Source of the DNA: Candidatus Eiseniibacteriota bacterium
Lineage (GTDB): Bacteria > Eisenbacteria > RBG-16-71-46
Direction of reading: 5' to 3'
Assembly: GCA_963744995.1 (NCBI GenBank)
Contig: CAVUWA010000010.1
Span: 32,001 to 96,000, forward strand
DNA: 64,000 bases
Part shown: positions 49,555-57,759 of the stretch, in pieces
Position numbering within the stretch: the first letter of the stretch is position 1
How the letters are laid out: every line of letters begins with the position of its first letter
Translations under genes and position numbers: made by a program
Notes under the pieces: model-generated
Seen by the model: only the letters and a program-made list of their open reading frames with translations
The model's database searches: none
What the model was told of the DNA's origin: nothing

Positions 49555-50004
49555 ATGAAGCTCGCCCTCATCGCCGTCACCTGCACGCTCGTGTTCACCG
49601 CCGGTTGTTCGGCCGAACGGACCGTCGCGCCTCAGAAAGGCGCGCCGACGTTTCCGGCCGAGTACTGGTTCATCAACACCGGCGACGGCGAGATCGACGC
49701 CGTCGAGATCACCGGCAACACGTACTACCCGGACCGCGACTACACGAATCTGCGCATGCAGAACTGGCAGAGTCCCGCCCCCGACGCGCGGCTGATGCTC
49801 GAAGCGACCTACGACGCGTACGCCGGCTGCCAGGTCCAGGTCATGATCGCGGTGCACAAGATCTGGGACGGCGAAGATCACGGGCGCTGGCGGTTCTGGG
49901 TGACCGAGAAGAACGTGGTGGAAACGGCTGGCGACGCCGTCGTGGAGTTCGTCTGGCCGGATGACACGGCGAAGGCCAGAGAGGTGGATCGCGGCGTGTT
50001 CTGA
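49555..50004 (+). CDS. Hypothetical lipoprotein
   Basis: AGGAG RBS; MKLALIAVTCTLVFTAGC lipobox; high-GC3 codon pattern. Confidence 0.78.
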   Translation: MKLALIAVTCTLVFTAGCSAERTVAPQKGAPTFPAEYWFINTGDGEIDAVEITGNTYYPDRDYTNLRMQNWQSPAPDARLMLEATYDAYAGCQVQVMIAVHKIWDGEDHGRWRFWVTEKNVVETAGDAVVEFVWPDDTAKAREVDRGVF

Positions 50005-50198
50005 CCGGCTCCGCTGGATCGGCAGCAGGGTGAGCTAATCGTCGAGTGCGATACGAAAGACGAAGCCCGTCAGATGCTGCCGCCGCTCCATCGCAATCAG
50101 GCGCTCATCAGTGGGCCGAACACGTTTTCGCTCGAGCGCATTCCGTGGCTCGTGAAGCGCCGCGGCGGCCAGAGGCGCCGGCCCCGCGCCTCGCCCGG

Positions 50199-50444
50199 TC
50201 AGAGGCGTTCGCGAAGCCCCGCGACCCGACCGGCGAGCGCATCGAGTTCGAGCGGCAGACCGTCCACGCCGATTGCGCGCGCCCCGCGCCCATCGATGAT
50301 GACGACCCCCGCGGGTCGCTTGTCGGCGCCCGCGAAGATGCGCTGCCCCACACCCGTCACCGTCACCACGGTGTGCTCGAGCGGCACCAGCGTGAGGCCG
50401 TCCACACGAAGCGGGGCGGCAGCTCGCAGCGTGGTCGAGGTCAT
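50199..50444 (-). CDS. Small YtfJ/GerW-related protein
   Basis: PLRVDGLTLVPL…KRPAGVVIID parallels the YtfJ pattern; ATGA overlap with the DUF2953 gene. Confidence 0.6.
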   Translation of the reverse strand: MTSTTLRAAAPLRVDGLTLVPLEHTVVTVTGVGQRIFAGADKRPAGVVIIDGRGARAIGVDGLPLELDALAGRVAGLRERL

Positions 50445-51046
50445 GTGTTCCACAGCAGCACCCGGATGACCCGCCGGCCGGGCCGCGACAGGGCGAAGCG
50501 GCCGAGCGCGCCCAGCAGCCGCACCGGGACCAGTCGGCCGGCGGCCGCCGCTTCGGCGTCGAAGGCCGCATCGGCGAATTCGGGCTCGAACGTCACGCGC
50601 AGCGCCGGCCCGCGCGGCAGCCAGACGAGCAGGGGGCCCACGATGCCGCACAGCTCGCCCGTCCCGGCGGGATCGCCCGTGCCTGCATGCACCGAGACGC
50701 GGCCGCGACGCCATCCGAGCGCGCGGAACAGATCGAGAGCGAGGCGCGCCGCGCGCGACCCAAGCCCCTCGATGGAGATCACGCGGCGCGCTTTCCAGGC
50801 GGCATGCAGGGGGCGCTTCCGGCGCCCGGCGCGGCGTGCTTTGCGCCGCGCCTCGCGCCCCGGGGTGGCCGCGCGCCGCCCGCCGCGGCCGAAGCGCACC
50901 AGCCCGAACAGCCAGCGCGCACGGAAGCGGACTCCGACTCCCGTGCGTGCCGACACCGTGTAGTCCACCGGGACGAAGCACAGGCCGATCAACAGCACGG
51001 CAAACGCCGCCGCAATCAGTGCGATCGTACCGAGCGCCGCTCCCAC
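50441..51046 (-). CDS. DUF2953 (YtfI-like) membrane-anchored protein
   Basis: N-terminal TM ending LCFVPV; WLFGLVR; GTGDPAGTGELCG; PEF; adjacent to ytfJ. Confidence 0.75.
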   Translation of the reverse strand: MGAALGTIALIAAAFAVLLIGLCFVPVDYTVSARTGVGVRFRARWLFGLVRFGRGGRRAATPGREARRKARRAGRRKRPLHAAWKARRVISIEGLGSRAARLALDLFRALGWRRGRVSVHAGTGDPAGTGELCGIVGPLLVWLPRGPALRVTFEPEFADAAFDAEAAAAGRLVPVRLLGALGRFALSRPGRRVIRVLLWNT

Positions 51047-51055
51047 CGGAACCGC

Positions 51056-51454
51056 CTAGTCTTTCGCTTTGTCGCCCGTCGCGCGTTCGGCCGACTTGCG
51101 CTCGACCGCCTTGCCGATGACGTCGCCCATCTTCTCGAACACCGACGCCGTCGCGCCGCGGATGCCCTCGACGTGCACGCCGTCCTTGTCGATGATGATC
51201 ACGCCGACCGGCCTGACCCCGCCACCGCCGCCCGTGCCGCCGCCGGTGCCCTCGCCGCGCGGGTTGGCGCCGCCCTTCGCGGGCCCGGTTCCGCTGCCGG
51301 CACCGCCGCCCGCGCCGAAGCCGAAGCCCAGGCTCACGAGCGGAATCACCGTCCGCCCCTGCGCCTCGATCGGCGCGCCGACCACGCGCTTCGAGTCGAG
51401 CATCTCTTCGATTTCACCCATCGTCACCTTGACCAGCTGTTCGACGTCCTGCAT
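51056..51454 (-). CDS. ytfJ: YtfJ/GerW family protein
   Basis: VVGAPIEAQGRTVIPLVSLGFGFGAGGG…GGGTGGGGGVRPVGVIII; GAGGAGGAG RBS. Confidence 0.88.
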   Translation of the reverse strand: MQDVEQLVKVTMGEIEEMLDSKRVVGAPIEAQGRTVIPLVSLGFGFGAGGGAGSGTGPAKGGANPRGEGTGGGTGGGGGVRPVGVIIIDKDGVHVEGIRGATASVFEKMGDVIGKAVERKSAERATGDKAKD

Positions 51455-51517
51455 GACACTCCTCCTCTTCCGGGTCCTTCGGGCGCGATCGCGCGCCGAC
51501 ACTCCGACCATAAGACC

Positions 51518-52069
51518 TCAGGCAAGGTCCGCGGCCCCTCCGGCCGCCCGCATCACCCGCTCCGCCTGCGCCCGGTGCCGGTCGATGTGAAAGCGCAGAA
51601 ACTCGATGCGCTGCCGCGCATCGAGCGGGCCCGAGATCACGTGGGGATAGATCACGCCGTCGATGTCGAGCCCGTCGAGCGCCCGCTCGATTCCCGCCAG
51701 CACCAGCGAGCACGAGCGCAGCGATGCGACCCAGAAATCGAGCGGGCCGCCCCACTCGGGGCGCGCGCTCGCGGGTGCCGTCTCCCGCGGCTGCCAGGTG
51801 CGTTCGATGATCTGCTCGATCGCAAGTCCCGCGTTCTCCGACTCCCCCGTCCACTCCGGCCGGCCGCGGCGCAGGCCGTCGGCCGCCGTCCAGATGAGGC
51901 TGATCCCGGCGTGCTCGGCGCGGTAGAGATGCTCGGTGATTTCGGCGATCGACCATTCGTCGGGCGAGGGCTTGAAGTCGCCCGTGGCATTGCCGAGGCC
52001 CGCGACGAGCTTCACGTAGTCGCGGCGCGCCAGTTCGACGTCGGCGATCAGTTCCGGAACGCTGCGCAT
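51518..52069 (-). CDS. DinB family protein
   Basis: FKPSPDEWSIAEITEHL, HVISGPLD..Q.IEFL.FH..RH..Q; GGAGG RBS. Confidence 0.85.
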   Translation of the reverse strand: MRSVPELIADVELARRDYVKLVAGLGNATGDFKPSPDEWSIAEITEHLYRAEHAGISLIWTAADGLRRGRPEWTGESENAGLAIEQIIERTWQPRETAPASARPEWGGPLDFWVASLRSCSLVLAGIERALDGLDIDGVIYPHVISGPLDARQRIEFLRFHIDRHRAQAERVMRAAGGAADLA

Positions 52070-52219
52070 GCGGCCTCCTCCGCGGGCGGCTCGGCGCTGA
52101 CGCAAGAGCCGCAAGGTGCGGACCCCGTCGCCGGGCGCGAGCCGGGCGAAGTATACGCCCGGCGGAGCGCGCGAACCGTCGGCGCGGCGGTCGCTCCATG
52201 TGACCACGTGCTGTCCCGC
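52067..52219 (-). repeat. 153-bp direct repeat copy 1 (FlgD-tail remnant + RBS + ATG)
   Basis: Ungapped match to 52814-52966; translates GQHVVTWSDRRADGSRAPPGVYFARL. Confidence 0.85.
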
Positions 52220-52228
52220 CGGGATCTC

Positions 52229-52687
52229 TCACCGATGATCCGCTGGCGATTGCTTCACGGTGACGAACCAGCGCGACTTCCGCATGCTCCAGACGACGAT
52301 GGTGAGAGCGGAGAGGAACACGGGAATGACCGGACCACGGGGAACAGATACGGGCAGGACCAGCAGGAGCAACAAGATTGGAATGACGAGAAACCCCGCT
52401 GCCATCCACGCCAGGAACAGATATCCAACACGCTCCCAGGGTCGCCATTGCCCGCGCTCCGAGATCATGCACAGCGCAACAGCGAAGAGCATGGTCAGGA
52501 TGATCCACGCCGGCACGGGAGCGGCGAACGCATTCGCCAGTGTCGTGGGGCCGTCAGTCGACGAAGGGCGAGCGCGGGCAGGGCCTCCCAGTCCACCCAT
52601 CGCGACACCCAATAGGGTCACACATGTGTAGAACATGACTCCGAGCCAGGCCCTTACAGGCCTCCAGCGATAACGGGTTCGAAGCAT
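52229..52687 (-). CDS. Small multi-pass membrane hypothetical protein
   Basis: About four hydrophobic segments; GGGAG RBS; lies between the two 153-bp repeats. Confidence 0.6.
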   Translation of the reverse strand: MLRTRYRWRPVRAWLGVMFYTCVTLLGVAMGGLGGPARARPSSTDGPTTLANAFAAPVPAWIILTMLFAVALCMISERGQWRPWERVGYLFLAWMAAGFLVIPILLLLLVLPVSVPRGPVIPVFLSALTIVVWSMRKSRWFVTVKQSPADHR

Positions 52688-52813
52688 GGAGCGTTTCTCC
52701 CTGCGATTCGATCCGCGGCGATGTCATCGTCGTGTTGTCCTTCGAGCACGTGATCCAGCGTCCCGATCGCGGGACCGACTCGCCATGAAACCGCAGACGA
52801 TCGCAGCACCCGC

Positions 52814-52966
52814 CATGCGGCCTCCTCCGCGGGCGGCTCGGTGCAGGCGCACGAGCGGCAAGGTGCGGACGCCCTCGCCGGCCGCGAGCCGGGCGAAGTA
52901 TACGCCCGGCGGAACGCGCGAACCGTCCGCGCGGCGGTCGCTCCACGTGACCGCGTGCTGGCCCGC
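52814..52966 (-). repeat. 153-bp direct repeat copy 2
   Basis: Translates GQHAVTWSDRRADGSRVPPGVYFARL…GGAGG…ATG. Confidence 0.85.
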
Positions 52967-53007
52967 GCCCGCGGACCGGACGCACGGCTTCAGCACGGGG
53001 CGCCGGG

Positions 53008-53068
53008 GGGATTTCAGGGTGGACAGGGCTCGAGGCGGGCGCAGGCTGCGTGTGGCGGGCGTGAGAGT
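53008..53068 (+). repeat. Dispersed ~60-bp element, copy D
   Basis: GGGATTTCAGGGTGGACAGGGCTCGAGGCGGGCGCAGGCTGCGTGTGGCGGGCGTGAGAGT. Confidence 0.8.
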
Positions 53069-53330
53069 CCATATTCATGTTTCTTGTTCCAGTAGTGGGG
53101 AGCAGACGAGCGGTGCGAACGAGGTGATCGGGGTGCGATAGCCTGACGTTTCCAGGGCCGGTGTGCCCTCTCGGGTATTTCACGCCCGGGGAACTCCGGA
53201 CGGCGGCTCCGAATCCCGTTGCAACTCGAGCGGCGACAGAGTCTGCTGTCCGGGACAAGCCGCCTCCGCAACACGGGTTCGACCGGGGCGGCCCATCCAG
53301 TTGCCCCGGTTTAGGCGAAGAGAGGAGCGG

Positions 53331-54296
53331 ATGCGCGCCATCGTGGTGAGATCGCTTGGCGGTCCCGAGGTGCTGAAGCTCGAAGACATCCCCGAGCCCG
53401 CATCACCCGGGCCAGGCGAGGTGCTGGTCAAAGTCGAGGCTGCAGGGGTCAACTTCGCCGACACGGAGCGACGACGCGGTGTTTATTCCGCGCCGCCGCT
53501 CCCGTGGATTCCCGGGCGGGAGGCCGCAGGCGTGGTCGTGGCCGCCGGGCCGGGTGTCGACCCGACGCTGGTCGGCGCCCGGGTCTCGTATTTCGCGCCC
53601 CGGGCGAGCGGCTCCTACGCGGAACGGGCCACGGTCCCGGCGCGCGCGCTGTTCCGATTCCGGAACGAGCTGCCGTTCGACGTGATGGCTGCTCTGCCGC
53701 AACAGGGGCTGACGGCTCACGGCGTGCTGCGTCTCGCGGCCATGAAGCCGGGGCAGATCGCACTGGTGCTCGCGGCGGCCGGCGGCGTGGGAACGATCCT
53801 CGTGCAGCTCGCCCGTCTCGCGGGCGCGCGCGTGATCGGCGTCGTTTCCACGCCGGAGAAAGGGAGCGTCGTCGCCGCGCTCGGCGCCGAGGTGATCGCG
53901 GGATACGAGGGGTTCGACGAAGCGGCGCGCTCACTGACGAATGGACGTGGCGTCGACGTGGTTTTCGATTCCGTCGGCCGCGCGACGCAGGCGGCGAGCC
54001 TCGCGTCGCTCGCCCGCTACGGCCAGCTCGCCAACTACGGAGATGCGAGCGGTCTGCCGCCGCCGATCGACGTGGACGCACTCTACGGCCGCTCGCTGCG
54101 CGTCGGAGCGTTTGGACTCGACATCGACCTCGACATCGAAGGTACGGAACTCGCCCGCCACGACCTCGTCGCCGCGCTCGAAGGCGGCCGGCTGCAGCTC
54201 AACGTTTCGCGGTCCTTCGCACTCGCCGAAGCCGCTGCCGCCCACGCCGAGATCGAGGGCCGCAGGACCACCGGGAAGATGGTTCTCGTTCCCTGA
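53331..54296 (+). CDS. qor: NADPH:quinone oxidoreductase (zeta-crystallin/MDR family)
   Basis: GGPEVL, AAGVNFAD, PGREAAG, AAAGGVG, GRGVDVVFDSVG, RRTTGKMVL. Confidence 0.88.
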   Translation: MRAIVVRSLGGPEVLKLEDIPEPASPGPGEVLVKVEAAGVNFADTERRRGVYSAPPLPWIPGREAAGVVVAAGPGVDPTLVGARVSYFAPRASGSYAERATVPARALFRFRNELPFDVMAALPQQGLTAHGVLRLAAMKPGQIALVLAAAGGVGTILVQLARLAGARVIGVVSTPEKGSVVAALGAEVIAGYEGFDEAARSLTNGRGVDVVFDSVGRATQAASLASLARYGQLANYGDASGLPPPIDVDALYGRSLRVGAFGLDIDLDIEGTELARHDLVAALEGGRLQLNVSRSFALAEAAAAHAEIEGRRTTGKMVLVP

Positions 54297-54697
54297 CCGC
54301 CGGACCCGTGCCGCCCGCACCATTCCCCGCACCCGGCTCCGCTCGAGGCAGAAGGCATTGGCCCGGGATGTTCATATGGCGAGCCTCGGGGGCTTGCCTT
54401 CCACGAAGCCCGCGGTATTGCTGGCCGAACCCGGCCCCGCAGCGGCACAACGCTACCGGGCACTTCGATCCGCTCAGCGCAACGCCGCTTTGATCCAATC
54501 TGACCGGTTCGGGCCTTGTGATCACGAGCCTGTCCGAGTGGGACAGCGAGGGCGGTTGCAGCGACACAGGATGAGGGCTGCTCATCGGCGGAATCGTCGT
54601 GAGCAGCGTCGGCGACTGGATGCGGTCCAACGCTCGAGAGCACGTGTCCCGCGCGGACTCGGGGGACCACAGACCCTTCGCCGAGAAAGCTTTCCTC

Positions 54698-54726
54698 TGG
54701 AGTCTCGCGCGCTCGGGCGGTAGGCT
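54698..54726 (+). promoter_or_regulatory. Putative sigma70-type promoter TGGAG-N18-TAGGCT (same geometry as the dispersed element core)
   Basis: Identical spacing to copies B and C; about 55 bp upstream of ATG 54782. Confidence 0.45.
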
Positions 54727-54781
54727 TCTGAAGTCACCCTCCCCCCGACGCGCGCAGTCCCCGCTGCGCAGAGGAGGATCC

Positions 54782-57595
54782 ATGCAGCTTCCTCGGCGAC
54801 TCCAACCCGTTGTGATGATGACGGTTGTGCTCCTCGCAACGCCCATGCTCTCATGGGCCGCCGCCTCCCACGGGGGCACCGACGTCGTGGCCCACGAGTT
54901 CACACCCGCCACGGCATTTGGGGCGGACATGGACATTGCGAGCAATGGCGACATCTATGCCGTCAACAAATTTGCGACCATGACCAACTCGGAGATCTCG
55001 GTCTGGCGGTCGCAGGACGGCGGTGAGTCGTGGAGTCTCTGGGGATCATTTTCACTTCCGTCCGGCGACGGCACCGGTGACCCCACGATCTGCATCGCGG
55101 AGGGCGATGCGGATCGGGTCTTCGTTGCCTATCGAAGGTTCGGGGACATCTGGGTGGCGCGCGCAGACCTCCATGCAGCCACCCCTGTCTTTTCCCATCA
55201 GATCGCGCTCGATTCACCCGACGATCTCGTCAAAGGTCGCATCGTGTCGGACGCGGCCGACTACTCCGCATACTTTCTCTACATCGTAGCCGGGGAGAGC
55301 ACGCTTCCTGCCGACGTTTACTTCGCTCGTTCCACGAACATGGGCGACAGCTGGGATACGGAGTACATCATCGGCCCCGCCAACGGACCGGAAGACGCCT
55401 ATGCCGAACCGCAGCTCTCGTACAGCCGGAGCGTGCTTCACTGTGTCATGTCGTTCACTGACGTCAATGCGCCATATCCGGACTCCCGCCTGCGCTATCG
55501 CCGCATGGTGAATTTTGGTGCCAACGGTCTCGCCGATTGGAGCACGGCGACCGACGTAACGACGGGCGCCGACAATCTTCGCCATGGCAGTATCGAGATC
55601 GCGTCTTCAGAGGTGTCCAGCAAGGTAATCATCGCCGCCACGACGGATTCGCTCGGAGTGTCCTCGCCCGATCCTTTCGCGCTCGTGAGGAGTTCCTCGG
55701 ATGCCGGTCTGACGTGGCCGGGCGCCAACGAGGCCCGGATTCCCGACTGCCTTGTGTCGGGTTCAGTTGCACTCCCGAGCGGGGGCTTCGGGCTGGCGAC
55801 CGTCTCGACGTATCCGTACAAGGCGCGAGTGAGCAGGGCGACCGACGGCAATCCGCTGTTCTGGACCACCACTCAGTTGTCGGATCGCGACGACGGCCAG
55901 GTTTTCGTCCAGGTCCCGCGCATCGACTACGACCTGACCCGTGGAGAACAGATCGGGATGACCTGGTTCCATCAGGACACCTCACCCTCGGACAGCATCA
56001 TGTTCGACGCCGAGTGGCGCGCTGCCACGGGCTTTCCCAGCGTTGCGGCGGGATTCCCCGTGGCGCTCGGTAGTGCGGTGGTCGTGGCGCCGGCGCTGGC
56101 AACGCTGGATGACGATTCCGAACTCGAGATCCTCGTCGGCACGGCCGACGGGATGCTGCACGCCTACAACCCGGATGGAACGCCCGTGCCGGGCTGGCCC
56201 GTGAACGTGGGAACCTGGCCGACGTCGACACCGCGCAACGGAACGATCGCGGCCGGCGACCTGAATGGCGACGGACGGGTCGAGGTGGTCGCGGGCTCGG
56301 GTGGAGGCGAAGTGGCCGTGTTTCGTAACGACGGTTCACCGGCTCCGGGCTGGCCGCTTCCAGTCAGCAATTCACCGGTGTTCGTGTCGATCGGGCGAAT
56401 CACGGAAGCCGCTCGCCGCAACGTCGTCGTGTGCACCAACGGCAACTTGTACGTCTACGAGCCGGATGGGTCCCTCGTCACGGGGTTCCCGGTCGCGCTG
56501 TCCGGGACCATCCCCGGTCCGGCTGCCATCGGCGATCTCGACGGCGATGGCGACAACGAGATGGTGGTTGCCACCGGCACGCATGTGGACGTGGTGTCGA
56601 AGACCGGATCGATTCTACTGTCGAAGCTTCTGTCGCCGGGCGACGCGGCCAGTGCACAGCCGTCGCTTGCCGACATGGATCTCGACGGTGATCTCGAGAT
56701 CGCCGCACCCACCTACGTCGGGCGGGTGCACCTGTTCGACTATCCAGGGGGAGCAGACCTTCCCGGGTGGCCGATCACCACGCCCCTCGGTGGCCCGATT
56801 TCGGCGATCGCGATCGCGAACAACTCCGGCACGCTCAACCCCGAACTGATCTTCGCGGAGCAGGATTCGACGCTGTATATGTACCATTACAATGGTGCGC
56901 TCAACTCGAACTGGCCCAAGCACACCGGCTACGGATGGAATCTCTATGGTGCGCCGACCATCGACTTCGTTGAGGACATCATTTCTTCCGATGTGCTGAT
57001 CGGTTCGCGCGACTCGAAGGGGCACGCCTTCCGCAACACGACCGGCGTCGTGCCGGGTTGGCCTCGCCTTCTCGGCGACCAGGTGGAGGTGGCCGCGGCA
57101 TCCGGTGACATCGACTTCGATGGAAATCTAGAAGTCGTATTCGGCGGTCTCAACGATCTGTGGGTGCTCGACGTCAATCAGACCGTTTCCAGGGATCAGC
57201 CGAATGAGATCTGGCCCATGTTCGCCTACAATGCCCAGCGCACATCCTGCCTGGCGTGCGAGCCGGATGTCGTCGTCGGAGTCGAGCCCTCACAACCATT
57301 GCCCGCGGAGCTTTCCTTTGCGCCGCCGATGCCCAATCCCACCTCAGGAAGCCAGGTATTCCGCTTTGCCCTGGCGACCGAGGCGCAGGTCCAGATCACG
57401 GTGTACGATGCCCACGGTAGAGTCGTGCGCGTTGCATTGAACCGTGCGATGCGGGCCGGCAGGCACAGTTTCGAATGGGACGGTCGGGATGGTTCCGGAC
57501 GTCCACTGCCGGCCGGTGTGTACTTCGCACGGCTCCAGACTTCGAGCGCCGGGGTTGCGGCTTCACGCACCCAGCGCCTCGTGGTTCTGCGCTGA
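54782..57595 (+). CDS. Large secreted protein: BNR/Asp-box propeller + FG-GAP/VCBS repeats + FlgD-like tail
   Basis: Asp-boxes SQDGGESW, STNMGDSW, SSDAGLTW; GDL(N/D)GDG..E repeats with PGWP; tail PNP…YDAHGRVV…WDGRD…GVYFARL. Confidence 0.88.
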   Translation: MQLPRRLQPVVMMTVVLLATPMLSWAAASHGGTDVVAHEFTPATAFGADMDIASNGDIYAVNKFATMTNSEISVWRSQDGGESWSLWGSFSLPSGDGTGDPTICIAEGDADRVFVAYRRFGDIWVARADLHAATPVFSHQIALDSPDDLVKGRIVSDAADYSAYFLYIVAGESTLPADVYFARSTNMGDSWDTEYIIGPANGPEDAYAEPQLSYSRSVLHCVMSFTDVNAPYPDSRLRYRRMVNFGANGLADWSTATDVTTGADNLRHGSIEIASSEVSSKVIIAATTDSLGVSSPDPFALVRSSSDAGLTWPGANEARIPDCLVSGSVALPSGGFGLATVSTYPYKARVSRATDGNPLFWTTTQLSDRDDGQVFVQVPRIDYDLTRGEQIGMTWFHQDTSPSDSIMFDAEWRAATGFPSVAAGFPVALGSAVVVAPALATLDDDSELEILVGTADGMLHAYNPDGTPVPGWPVNVGTWPTSTPRNGTIAAGDLNGDGRVEVVAGSGGGEVAVFRNDGSPAPGWPLPVSNSPVFVSIGRITEAARRNVVVCTNGNLYVYEPDGSLVTGFPVALSGTIPGPAAIGDLDGDGDNEMVVATGTHVDVVSKTGSILLSKLLSPGDAASAQPSLADMDLDGDLEIAAPTYVGRVHLFDYPGGADLPGWPITTPLGGPISAIAIANNSGTLNPELIFAEQDSTLYMYHYNGALNSNWPKHTGYGWNLYGAPTIDFVEDIISSDVLIGSRDSKGHAFRNTTGVVPGWPRLLGDQVEVAAASGDIDFDGNLEVVFGGLNDLWVLDVNQTVSRDQPNEIWPMFAYNAQRTSCLACEPDVVVGVEPSQPLPAELSFAPPMPNPTSGSQVFRFALATEAQVQITVYDAHGRVVRVALNRAMRAGRHSFEWDGRDGSGRPLPAGVYFARLQTSSAGVAASRTQRLVVLR

Positions 57596-57759
57596 TACGA
57601 ATCTGCCGGCACACGTGCACAGCAGCAGACACCCGGCGGCAATTGTTCAGGTCCTGCTGCGTCCCGGGGCGAAGAAACCTCGTCGGAGCCCGTTTGCGAT
57701 GCCAGGATCCCCACCCCCAGCCGCCCTCGACCGGCCCCGCCCCGTGCACTGCCAGGGAC

